Both the position numbers and the translations under genes were made by a program. 64,000 bases of DNA, taken from Takakia lepidozioides (lineage: Eukaryota > Plantae > Bryophyta). Under the pieces are notes generated by a model. It was not told where the DNA came from and searched no databases. It saw only the letters and a list, made by a program, of their open reading frames with translations. Location: positions 76,074,001-76,138,000 of the forward strand of contig CM060733.1 of assembly GCA_030704615.1 (NCBI GenBank), given 5' to 3'. The first letter of the stretch is position 1. Every line of letters starts with the position of its first letter. Shown one piece after another: positions 27,790-38,904 of this stretch.

Positions 27790-28047
27790 GAGAGAGAGAG
27801 AGGGGGGGGGGGAGAGGAGATTGCGCTGCGTTGCCAGATTGAATTGGAGGAGGAGAAGAAGGCACAAGTAGAGCGAGAGTGCTGGTTAAAGGAACAGGCA
27901 CAAGAATTGAGAATCTCAGTACAATGGTTATTAACTCTGTTGTGGATGACCTTTGTTTTGACTTCAAATATGTGCTTATTCATGTGAGAGCTTGTCATTT
28001 CTTCATTCCCAGCTTGCACCGGGCGCAACCATGAAATTAAAACTGAG
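27790..28047 (+). pseudogene. Captured kinesin-7/CENP-E-like exon fragment (copy 2, frameshifted)
   Basis: EIALRCQIELEEEKKAQVERECWLKEQAQ; duplicate of 26675-26930. Confidence 0.5.
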
Positions 28048-29789
28048 GAATGAATATATATATATATATTGCTGTATTTTGAGATCTGTGGGAGATTCCA
28101 CTATCTTTTCTGTGGGACATTATAAAATGCCATTTCATTTCATTTCATTTGTTAGGTATTTGTGGTAATGGTACTGTTTGGTCTGTTCCATTTCCCTTGT
28201 ATTCCATCCATCTGGTTCTCTGGTGACTCGTCCTAAACTAACTGTGCTTCTAGACTTGCAGATATCTACGTTGATATATTTTTGCAGTTTTTACAATGAA
28301 GACCTCATTAAGCTCCCCTGAAGGTAATTTTAGGATCTTTGGGATCCAGGGAGATTCCCTATCCAGGGGTATTTTGTATATTTTTATTTTTAATTGTTTT
28401 TGGTGCTTCATTTTGAATTGTTAAATACGGATAAATAGTCATTGAAGAAGCTTTGATTAAATTGACCCCATTTAAAGCTAGACATTGGAGTTTTAAAGGG
28501 CTTTTGCCGTTCCTAAGGGGTTGACCCGAAGCACCCAGGAAATGGAGGGGTAGTGGGAAGAGGTCTCCCCTCTTCTTCCCTAAACTCGATAGGTGCTTTG
28601 TGAAGGGGCAAAAAAAAAAACCAAGTCCCAGCTATTAATGCTTCAGGGGTTTAGGCTAGTAGGAATTAGTAAATAATCAAGACTTTGAATGAAATTACAA
28701 GACTAAAAACACATAAAAATACCGTAGGAATTAGGAACGCAAATTGTCTTGTGAGGGAGAAAGTTAAATTCTTCTTTGCCGGTAGGGATTAGTTATTACA
28801 TAGAAACTGCCACTAACATGCCAAGGATCCCTTGCAGTGTGGATGGTTCTTGAGCCCAACCCATTCCGCTACACACCTCGACCCCTCCTAGCTAGTATGT
28901 CATCACCCTGGCCGCGGCGCCCAGGGCTCGTCAGATTCGATGGTGATTCGTATCGGCACGATAGAGACAACTTTTCCATACCTTGTTATATCTGTGGCAC
29001 TTACATTTGTTTCTGCCACTCCATTTGTAGGAGCATCTTCGTCTGCAGAGTCCAGTCCCAAGTCTCCAACGACTACAATGTGGGGAGAAGATGTTGCCGG
29101 TCGAAGAGTCTGACTGTGGTGACGCAATGTGGCACATTGAACAGACTCCCCAATGATCAAGATTCGGATGTTCCGCTCTCAGGGCGACCACATTTGTGAA
29201 ATGCACCTCTAAAATTTCAAAAGGCACTGACGGAACTCCTGCACCGACATACACAACCCTATTTTAACTAATTCTGGACTTTTGGCTTAAATCTGGACCA
29301 AACTTAATATGTATTTGAATTAAAATTAATCCAAATTTTGTTAATAATATCTTGGATAGTAATGTGTGATTGAACTTTGTGAAATTACAAGTGATGTCAT
29401 ACTTGCTTCAAAATGTAACATATAAGATGTCCATTTGACATTGAAGTGCTTGTGAAGTTGTAGTGTAACTCAACACTTCATTGAACGTCGACTGGGAAGT
29501 CGAATGATGTAATATTACATTATGTTACAATCACGATAAACAAATGTGTCGAATCGAACATGGGATAGACTCATAGTACTCTACCATACTTGATATAAGT
29601 TGATAGTAATTTTGATTGAATTTTCATGTTGACAAGCACAATATTCATAGACAATGCCATTGGAATGATGTTTTGGGTGTGAGAAGGGTAGTAAAACATT
29701 AAAATAGCGTGAACATTAGGAAGATTAGGGCAATAAAATAAGGTTTGGGGTGTAACTAGATATATTAAATGCAATAAGGTCCAAGTTTG

Positions 29790-30850
29790 TGGTGACTCAA
29801 AGAAGGGTTAGGTTTAGGGTTTTAAAGGGTTTAGGATAGAGAGAGAGAGAAACAAATATGGACGACTCTTAACCTCTGTAGAATGTAAAAATGTAAGGGG
29901 AATTTGATATCCATGTAATCATTCTATCATACGTTATCCAACTTGAAAATTAAAGAAAACATTAAGAGAATGATACAAATTTTACAAGAGGTAACATGGT
30001 AGACAACAATAAGGTTTGGAGTTTATTATAAGTAGGGTACTACACTAAGGTTTTTGGTATATGCTAAAAGTAATGGTTTAGGGTGCTAAGGGTTACGCTT
30101 AAGCTTGGGGTAAGGATTATTAAGGGAAGGGTAAAGGGAAGGGTAAGGGTTTAGGGTTTGAATTTAGGGTAGAAAGGGACAAACAAATATAGAAGACTCA
30201 CACATGGTAATACAATAACTTGGTTTGGAGTGTAAGTACGGTAGTTACACACTAACCTGGTTTTTGGTATATTATGGTAAGAGTACTAATGGTTTAGGGA
30301 GGTAAGTGTCAGGCTTAAGCTTAGGGTAAGGATTAAGACCAGGGTAAAGAATTATAGGTAGTAAGGATGGGTTTAGGAGTAGTTGGATTTAGGAGGTAGT
30401 TAAGGGCAAAGGGAAACAAATATAGAAGACTCACATTGGTAGTACAATAACTTGGTTTGGAGGTTTGGTAAGTAGGGTAGTATAGTAGGGTAGGAACAAC
30501 TAATATGGTTTTGGTAAGGGTACATAATGGGTTAAGGTGAGTAGTAAGTGGTATTTTAGAAATTGTAGGTAAGATTAGGGTGGTAAGGATTAGGAGTAAG
30601 GTAGTTGTAAGGGTTTTGTTGAGGGTTTGGATATATAGTGGAAGTACACAAAGGTTTTTGGTATATGGTAAGAGGAATAGTGCTAGGGTAGGTTATGTGC
30701 TAGGCGTAAAAAGAGTGGAAGGGTTAAGGAAAAGGGGTTATGTGATTTTAGGGTTAGGGTAATAACTTATTATGTAAAAAAATGGTAAGGATAGAGAGGT
30801 TTGATGGTAAAGGATTTAGGTTAAATGGACAAACAAATATAGAAGACTCG
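29790..30850 (+). repeat. Degenerate telomere-like (TTTAGGG/TTAGGG/TAAGGG) G-rich tract with a longer-period repeat AAACAAATATAGAAGACTC (x4)
   Basis: For example GGTTTAGGG at ~29810, GGGTTTAGGGTTTGAATTTAGGG at ~30146; anchor motif at ~29850, 30181, 30415 and 30831. Confidence 0.75.
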
Positions 30851-31269
30851 CACTCACTGCAATGAGACATTGCAAAAAAACATTTAGACCGGATTGAAAG
30901 AAAGAAGACAAGAATCCAGGGGTAGTGCCAAGAATTATTATTTTTTTTTTGTGCATTGTCTGTTTTGTAAGCAGAATCCCCCATGTCACGAATATATGTA
31001 GATGAAAAGAATGTATAGATGCAAAAGAGAATCGCAGTGCAGATTCACGGCAGAAAAAAAAAAAAGATGAACGTCCACTGCCCACTCGAGGTTCATTGCG
31101 ACAGAAAAAAAAAGACAAGAAGGATCACCCAAAGCAAAAACGAAGGGAAAGAAGCGTAAATAAATTTTTATATCTTAAATGAAAGACCGGAAAAGGAAAG
31201 GAAATAATAACTCAACATTTAGTCCAGGGATGAAAAGGAAAATGTTCGCGCAGAAGGAAACCTTCAGGT

Positions 31270-34200
31270 ATCTGGCTGAAGGATAGCAACCTCCAAAATT
31301 CGCGCGCCGCCTTCACTGCTTTCCACCGCTGTAATTCTCTTGGTGCTATTTCTTGTCGTATTTTTTCGTGGCAGCATTGTCCACACGACATTGTTCACGT
31401 GGATCCATTGAGCAGGATCTGACAGGTTGTACTCCCAAACTTTTGACCGACAGTCCCTGTACCTCTCAAAGTCTGAGAGGGTAACCTCATTTCTTCGGTC
31501 TCCACCACTCCACCTTCACTTTCTTAAAATTAGGATCTTCTCTTTCTCGGATGACATCTGAAATTGCCATTCCCATCCAGACCGGGCACGGCGTTGGGTC
31601 ATGAGGGCGAACGAGCACAAAAAACCCTTTTCTCAATATCCTTGAACGGATTCAAGGGTATCCTTGGACGCTCACACCTAGGGCCACAGTAAGGTTCTGG
31701 AACTTCATCCTCATCTTCCATATCTTCCTAGGGCCACAGTGGCTGGGTTCTGGAACTTCATCCTCATCTTCCATATCTTCCAGTATCTGTGGCTGGATGC
31801 CATCCCTCCGATGGTTTGAGGACCACTTCCACATCTTGACGCTGGAGTTTGTAGGAAGCCACTCCGAATCAGTAGCTGACTTCTTGTACTCCATAACGGG
31901 CCAGCCATCCGCATCTTTAAAAAATCAAAATACGTGCATCTCTGAGATCCCGACCAAAGCCTCTTTTCCATCATGAATACAACCCTTAACAAACTTCTTG
32001 AAGTCGGGAACCTCCTGTGTGATTTGAGGAATGAATTGCATATCTTGGGAGATCATGAATGACCTCATCAAATCCGGAAGAATGTAGGTGTTGCGTTCCT
32101 TTAGCTTCTTCGAGAGATAAGGAATCCGTCAATATCTTCATGGGTGTGCCCGACCATGAGAAAACCAAGCTGGATCTCTTCAAAGACATCTTTGGTAGTG
32201 AGGAGGGATAAGAAAGCAAGCATCCATCTGTTCTTATTGTCCTTGGAGGAGTTGTCCATCTGCAAATAAAGTCGTCTAGGAAGTGGTCGAGCACCACGTT
32301 TATCGTGCGGCCTGCAGGGTTTCAGAGCCTCCAAACATCTCGATTTACCTCTCATGAGCGTTTCAAAAAAATCATTTTGAACTTCAGTGTCGAAAATGTT
32401 CATGGATTCCCGGCATGTCGGCTTTTCCAGTTGGCGCAGGCACCGAGCCAGCGACCCAATTGTGAAGTTTGAATTGCTTTTCCAGAACTCAAGGGAAAAT
32501 TGAGCGTAAGCTCCATCTCCGTGTCCGTGCGTAACCATTCCTGTCAATGAGACAGGCAACCGACCCAATCCGGAGACCATCTTATTCGTCGTCTGTAGCC
32601 TCGGAATAGCCGTTTTCCTATGATCCATCTTATCATAAATAATACATAGGAACTCCTCCGGAACCATAACGGACTCATTCCTCCAGCTATGGTACAGCCT
32701 TCTGCAAGACTCTTGATATCTCAAGTGCAAATCAAGCGCCTGCTTATGTGCGACCTGTTCGGAACTCCTCTTAATCGACTTCTTGATCAAGTCCTTGAAC
32801 ATCTCGCATTCTGTGCACTTAGCAAAGGTGCTTCCTGTTTTCTCCTGTTAGGAAATATTCGATTCCGTATACGGCTTATAGCTAGCTGCGAGACTCCTTT
32901 CAAATCGAGCAGTCTGTTTGTCTGCACCCCAACTCCCCAACAATGTCAACGTCCACTGGGCAGTGGAGGTTCTACAAAGTGGAAGAACAAGAAATCATGA
33001 TGGCATAAAAAAGAATAAAATCATCCACAGTATTTTGAAAAACGAAAGGGACAACGAAAAAAGTCACCTCGTTGGACTCCTCTCGAATTCTCTTCCAGTT
33101 CATTTCAGGTGGCAAAATTCTCAAAGTATCCCGACGTCCCTCTCCAATGCAACGTGTTTTGTGAAGCATAAGGTCAGTATTGGCATTGATAATGGATATA
33201 ATGTTCCCCTCTGCCTGGAGTGTCCCTGGTCACGGCCGCTTGACGCCACGATTTCCGTGGAAAGATGACAAACAACCCTCTTTACTGAGCTTTTGTACTC
33301 TATGTACGTTGACCTTCCAATTCCGTGTATTATCCACCATGCTTTCTCACAAACATCAACACCTTCTATCGTAACATACGACCTGCGTGATGACCCATCC
33401 ATAATGTGAAGTCGTTTTGAAACATTCAATCCAAGTTCTCTCCTCTCATCGAATGACGAACCCCAAAATGCAGTACAAATTGCCAAGGTTTTTCTCCAAT
33501 CAAAATACTGGCAGCACTGAAGCTTGCAGCAAGGTTTGCTGCTCACCGACCTCACTTCATCCAAAGTAAGATTTTTCTTGCACTTTTTTTAGTCCTCCAT
33601 ATTGGATGGATTTTTCTTCCTAGTAAAATGTCTGTATGTTGCTTTCAATACGCCTGTACCATGGTCGTCATTCTCCATGTCACTGCATGATCGTAGGAAA
33701 TTTTCGAGATCAACGGAGAGTATCCGGCCATTTTCAATAAGTCTTGTTTTTGTTAACGGCCATTTCACAATAGACATCAGTGAACCGGACTCTCCAGAGA
33801 TTGTTCTGGTGACCAGAACCCCATCATCGTCCTCTCCGAGTTTGTCATTCAGAATGATCTCGTTAGGAATGCGTGCCTGAATTCGGCCTTCAAACAGGGC
33901 GTTTCCGTCCTCCCCAAGAAGAAGACACTGCAAGTTTCTCCAACATTCTCTCCCCAGACCTGCAGGCAGATCCCCCCCAGTCTCATCGTTGGACGGAATA
34001 TCATTGCTTTCAGTGCTTTGTCCTTGATAATCACTACCTTCTGTGATGGAATGACATTCTGGGTTTCTCGGGGATGATGAATCCACAGTTTCATGCGTGC
34101 GAACACAGGACACGTCCCACACAACTGGAGTCCCAATTGCCTCCTTCAATGTGTCAGCATCCATGTGTCGATAAGGCAGAGGACATGAGCCAAATGCGTC

Positions 34201-34356
34201 ATCACAAAAGATCGGGGTAACTGAAATGGTGGACGAACACAAGTGGTGTCCGTGGCAAGTTCCATCCCCAGAAACATTCAGGCAATCTCCTGAGGCAACA
34301 ACTGAAGGAGATCCAGGAAGCGACAAAAACACCCTTTGGCCTACTTGGAACCCCAT
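31270..34356 (-). pseudogene. Sola1-like (DUF7869-type) DDD transposase, spliced, with frameshifts
   Basis: Pieces 33589-34356, 33121-33564 (CCKLQCC, VCEKAW), 32972-33169 and 32101-32802 with IIYDKMD, LYLQMDNSSKDNKN and FLMVGHTHEDID catalytic motifs. Intron at ~32923-33067. Confidence 0.8.
32948..32971. promoter_or_regulatory. 24-bp palindrome copy (AACGTCCACTGGGCAGTGGAGGTT) in transposase intron
   Basis: Member of the element-wide AACCTCCACT-N4-AGTGGAGGTT family; function inferred. Confidence 0.6.
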
Positions 34357-34365
34357 GAAGTTAGT

Positions 34366-34651
34366 AACCTCCACCGGGCAGTGGAGGTCCAGTAAAATCC
34401 TATTACTGAAGATTAACTGAAGGAAAGAATGTCTTGCCACCGAAAGGAGAAACTTTAAGTATAACTTTTTCGACGGTTTTGAATGAGAAAACAATATGGA
34501 TTGAAAAAGTAAAGTCAATGTTTGGATCTACACTGGGACTGATAAAAAACAATTGGAATTAAATTGGAGTATGAGGGCGGAGTATAGACTACATCTATCG
34601 GAACTATCAGATGAAGTCACAATTGCCAACCTCCACTGGGCAGTGGAGGTT
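34366..34651. promoter_or_regulatory. Two 24-bp palindrome copies (34366-34389, 34628-34651) just upstream of the transposase ATG
   Basis: AACCTCCACCGGGCAGTGGAGGTC and AACCTCCACTGGGCAGTGGAGGTT; the first is about 10 bp from the probable start codon at 34356. Confidence 0.6.
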
Positions 34652-36944
34652 GGATGATATCTGTTGATGAAATAAACCACATGGATCAACAATGGATAAT
34701 GAAGAAGCCCTCTGTAGATGACAAAGTGATTCTATGGATGGATGAATAATAATGTGGCGACTGCCCTGTGGAGGTTTGGGAGTAACTTTAGACAAACAAA
34801 AGCAAGTTTAGCTGGTGTACATGGAGAGTACACAAAAAATTGAGTATCATACTATCCTACGTGAGAAATGTGCAGTTGACACCTGAGACTAAGGAAGCAA
34901 GGAGAGACTCAGAGGCTGCTTCAGAAGTACCCTATGGGCAGAGTGGTGTAGGACAGGCAAAGAGGTACACGTTGTCCAGAGAGGTGCATGAGAGAAAAGA
35001 AGCAAGTGAGAGGTTCAAAGTGGAAAGTTGGTGTTGTGTGGATTCGGACGTTATATAGAGGTGACATGTAACTTTCATCTTTGAATCGCTCCAATGGCAG
35101 TGTGGTATGATGCTTTCTCTCCTGGATTGATTGTGGCCACCGTGGATTAAGGCGGAATCGAACGGCTTATTTCAACTCATGAAATCTCGGCTTCATTGAA
35201 AGTGTGCACAATTTTCCATTTATTGACAGCAGCCATTGTCACATTAATTATGGAACAAACGATAACGGCCGCGATCAGACTGAATTCTATCGTACTTGTA
35301 CGTTAGTAGGACTAGAAGTCTGGCATCATTATCATGCGGCTCTGACAGCAGACTCTGGAATAAGTGTGAAGGATGTCGATTCTGACAAGTGGCCTGGAGA
35401 AATGAAGTCAGGCGGCTAATCGCCACAACTAATTCGAGACTCCACATTAACAATCGATCATTATAATTAGCTGGGAGGAATCCGGAGGTGAACCATAAAG
35501 CACTTTGAGATTGTTCTGTTTATATTTATCGTGCTGTTACAGTTGTAAGCGTGTGGGTTGCAGAGTCTGACCAATGGCGTCATTACAATCATTTCGTCCT
35601 TTTTTCATTCGTCTATCCAGTCGTCTGTCCAAACGTGTGTGCATTCGTGGAACAAAAGTTGAACTAATTTCATCTGTGTGGATGGACAGTATTAATGTTA
35701 GTTTGCGTGGATGGGGCAGAACATCCATTTGGGCCGCGCGACCGTTCGATTGCGGACGGAGGCGATGGTTCAGATCATCCTTGACGGTCGCTTATAAGGG
35801 GTGCGCTCTTTGAGCCCGGCCTTTGGGCTTCCCATTTTCTACGCGTAAGCGCTGCGCGAGTGAGAGCTTAACAGTTGAGAGAGGAGAGCGTGAAATAGAA
35901 GAGTTTTGGAGCTCGTTTTGCAGCGACTGGACACTGAAGCGTGGAGAGAAAGAGCAGACTTGGCCGAGTGCAGAGAGAGGAGAGGGTGAAAGGCGAGAGA
36001 GTGAAATAGGCAAAATTTGAAGAGCGGGGAGGAGAGACCGGACAGTGGCGAGTGGAGATTGATGAGTGTAGAGGCGAGAGCATAATGCAATTACCGGCAG
36101 GCGGAGGTGCGGAAGAGAGTATCAAACGAAGGACTGTGGTTGTAGGGCCACCAAAATGGCCGGCACAAGCAGGTGCAGCATTAAAAACTCCCTCTCTTCG
36201 TCTTCTGTTTCACGTTTTGTGTTGGCCTGTTCTGAATTCATGTGTTGGCCTGTTCTCAGTTTTGTGTTGGCCCGCTCTCGATTCATGTGGCCTGTTCAAG
36301 ATTCAATTCGTTTCGATCCTGCTTCATTCTTTGCTGCACTGCACTGTCTTCAGTGCTTCAGTCCGTGCTTTAGTGCACATTAGGTTTCTGTTTCATTGTT
36401 TGCTTTGTTGTTTGCTTCAATGCTATTTCATTCTCTGTCAATTCATTTCACTCCTGCTCTATTCTGTGCTTCAGTGCATTCTTGAGTCATTGCTTCACTG
36501 TTGTTTTTCAATTCACCGATGGTTTGTAGGGTGGTTTTGTGTGGTGGTTTTGTGTGCAATTGGGTTTGTGTGTGCTTGTTCTGGTTGATTAGGGTAATGG
36601 TTTAGGGTGGCGGGAGATTATCATGCTGGTTGTATTGCTTGTTTTGTTCATTGTGGTGGTTTATTGAAGACAGTGGTTTCGGAAATGCCCGGATGTTTAT
36701 TTCTCAACCATTTTCTTGATCCCCAAATCCAGCGTTAGTTGATGCATTTCTTCCCATTCAAATTCAATTCTGAATGGAAATTTTCATTTCTTATCCAATT
36801 ATGTCGAATTCGGCAATTCTGAAAAGCCATGATAGCCTAGTCTACTTGTATTCTACAGTAGACATATGCTAACATTAGACTTCGTGCAGGCCAGAGTAGA
36901 GTATTCGTAGACCCATGTCATGCACATGAGCAACCAGAAACTGG

Positions 36945-37169
36945 AACCTCCACTGCCTAGTGGAGGTTCGCGTGAATTCTGTATGCGGAAGCTGAAGGCA
37001 TTTTTTTAAAGTAAGGACGAAATCGGATAATTACGGGAAAATTGAAATCAGTTTGAGATGATGTGGGAACGAGTGATGGAATCATATGTGTAACATTGTA
37101 AGTGTGACACATACTTTCCAACAAAACTGGGATACGATAATTGGGAACCTCCACTACCCAGTGGAGGTT
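36945..37169. promoter_or_regulatory. Two 24-bp palindrome copies (36945-36968, 37146-37169) upstream of the cargo ORFs
   Basis: AACCTCCACTGCCTAGTGGAGGTT and AACCTCCACTACCCAGTGGAGGTT. Confidence 0.6.
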
Positions 37170-37318
37170 CGATATTTCTTTGGGTCAGCCAGTTACACAC
37201 TCTGATTAGTTTTTATGTCAGAATGAGAAAGAGGAACGAGGGTGGGGAACTGGTGTCTGACGATGAGTACAAGACAGCCAGATTAAATTGAAGCAAGAGA
37301 CGGTGTTCGGTAGACGGG

Positions 37319-37876
37319 ATGGAAGCGGACCGTCCAGATCAAAAACATGGTGTTTCGGAACCAAATGAAAAATCCAGTTGGGGGTCTACCGAGCCAAACA
37401 AAGTGTCTATCAATGACAAAAATGTGACTATAGAACCCCCGCGGAATGCATCCGAATCTCCAAGCGATACACCTGAAGTCATCTGTAAGGATACCCTGGC
37501 AGAAATAAGAGAAAGCGTTCATGTAAACAATGATATCAACGGATCTCCTGCCTACTCCCAAGATTATCCGACATACACCCCTTCAGACTATTCCCCAGAC
37601 ACATTGGCGGCGATACGAGTGACCGTTTTTGGATATCCAGCATCTCCGGGTTACTCGCCAGCATCTCCTGAATCCACATCAGGATCTGAAGGATATTATC
37701 CTCCAAACTTCCTCCTGGACACTGAAACAAGCGGGGGAGTCCTGGAACTACTGGACGTCTCCGGATCTCCAGGATACTCCCCTGCGTCTCCTGATAGTAT
37801 CACCGGATCCCCAAAATATACCCCTCCAGACTATTCGTCTGATACACTCAAAGAGATAAGAAGGAGCATTCTGTAG
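37319..37876 (+). CDS. S/P/Y-rich protein with RNA polymerase II CTD-like heptads
   Basis: SPGYSPASP twice, plus SPAYS, YTPSDYSP and SPKYTPP; DTLxxIRxxV/I repeated three times. Confidence 0.55.
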   Translation: MEADRPDQKHGVSEPNEKSSWGSTEPNKVSINDKNVTIEPPRNASESPSDTPEVICKDTLAEIRESVHVNNDINGSPAYSQDYPTYTPSDYSPDTLAAIRVTVFGYPASPGYSPASPESTSGSEGYYPPNFLLDTETSGGVLELLDVSGSPGYSPASPDSITGSPKYTPPDYSSDTLKEIRRSIL

Positions 37877-38197
37877 TTCTTGGGTATATAATCTAGAATC
37901 GTCTGAATATAATGCGAGAAGTTCCTTAGTATATTTTGGACGAATTAGGTTCGAAGATTTCTATTGTAGATTAGTCCTGTTTAAGGATGATGTACTCAAT
38001 GGCTCCTGAGCCTCATTTTCATTAAAGTTTTTTTCTTCAACATCTGAAAAAAATGGAGGATTTCCCATTTCATGTAGAAAGACTCGTACATACAAACCTC
38101 CACTGTCCAGTGGAGGTTCTCATTTCTGGAATGATGGATGCTAGTAAGAGAGATCCTGTTATTGATTATCTAATAAATTTGTGTTTGGTTGTAACAG

Positions 38198-38668
38198 AAG
38201 ACATCCTACACCATCAGATTGCGTCCCGGGATTGATTGGAGATATTTGTGGGCATTCGTATGCCGGAAGTCCTCACATTTCAAAACTAAGCATACCGCTA
38301 TTTTTGAGCTTAACCCAGAGGTGACAGATTGGGGCATCGTGCCTGTCGGTACACCTCCTGATCACAAACTGTCTTTTCATTACAGAAGTCTTGCAGTAAT
38401 AACAAACTTAAAATACGCAGAAGCTCTCGATATAGAGTTTGAATCTGAAGAGGAAAACCCGATGTTGGTTTTGTTCCTGCATGAGGATGCGAGAACCCCC
38501 AGGACGTTTGGTTTCAAAGTGGAGGTGGGTCATCTGAACAAGTCGTTGATGAGTGAATGCGTTGCACTGGGTTTTAGATTTCCAGACGAGGACTCTGTAT
38601 TTACAGACGTAGGTTTGTCGAGGGCCTGGAGTATTTTTTCTGGATCTTCTGCACACAATGGGGAATGA
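38198..38668 (+). CDS. Uncharacterised cargo ORF/exon (149+ aa)
   Basis: Open frame with globular-protein composition after a TAACAG acceptor; no family recognised. Confidence 0.45.
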   Translation, partial: KTSYTIRLRPGIDWRYLWAFVCRKSSHFKTKHTAIFELNPEVTDWGIVPVGTPPDHKLSFHYRSLAVITNLKYAEALDIEFESEEENPMLVLFLHEDARTPRTFGFKVEVGHLNKSLMSECVALGFRFPDEDSVFTDVGLSRAWSIFSGSSAHNGE

Positions 38669-38904
38669 CATTCGCAAGAAACGAGCACTAGAGGAAGCAT
38701 CAAAGCTGAAGAGGGGAAAACGCAAAGTCGTCGACAGCCGGCAATGATGACAATGAGGCCGGGACTTCCGCAGGAAAGTAGAAACAGAAGGAGGATCAGG
38801 ATCCAACATTGATGTCAGATAACAAGAGACCTAAAGCTGGGGAGATTTTTGACAAGGAAAAATGCGAGAAGATGGAGGAGAGTCTCACGGAGGAATAAAA
38901 TGAT

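Noticed and set aside
36052-36588. Hydrophobic Cys/Leu/Phe-rich ORF resembling a membrane protein
   Set aside because: It arises from T/G-rich low-complexity leader or intron sequence.
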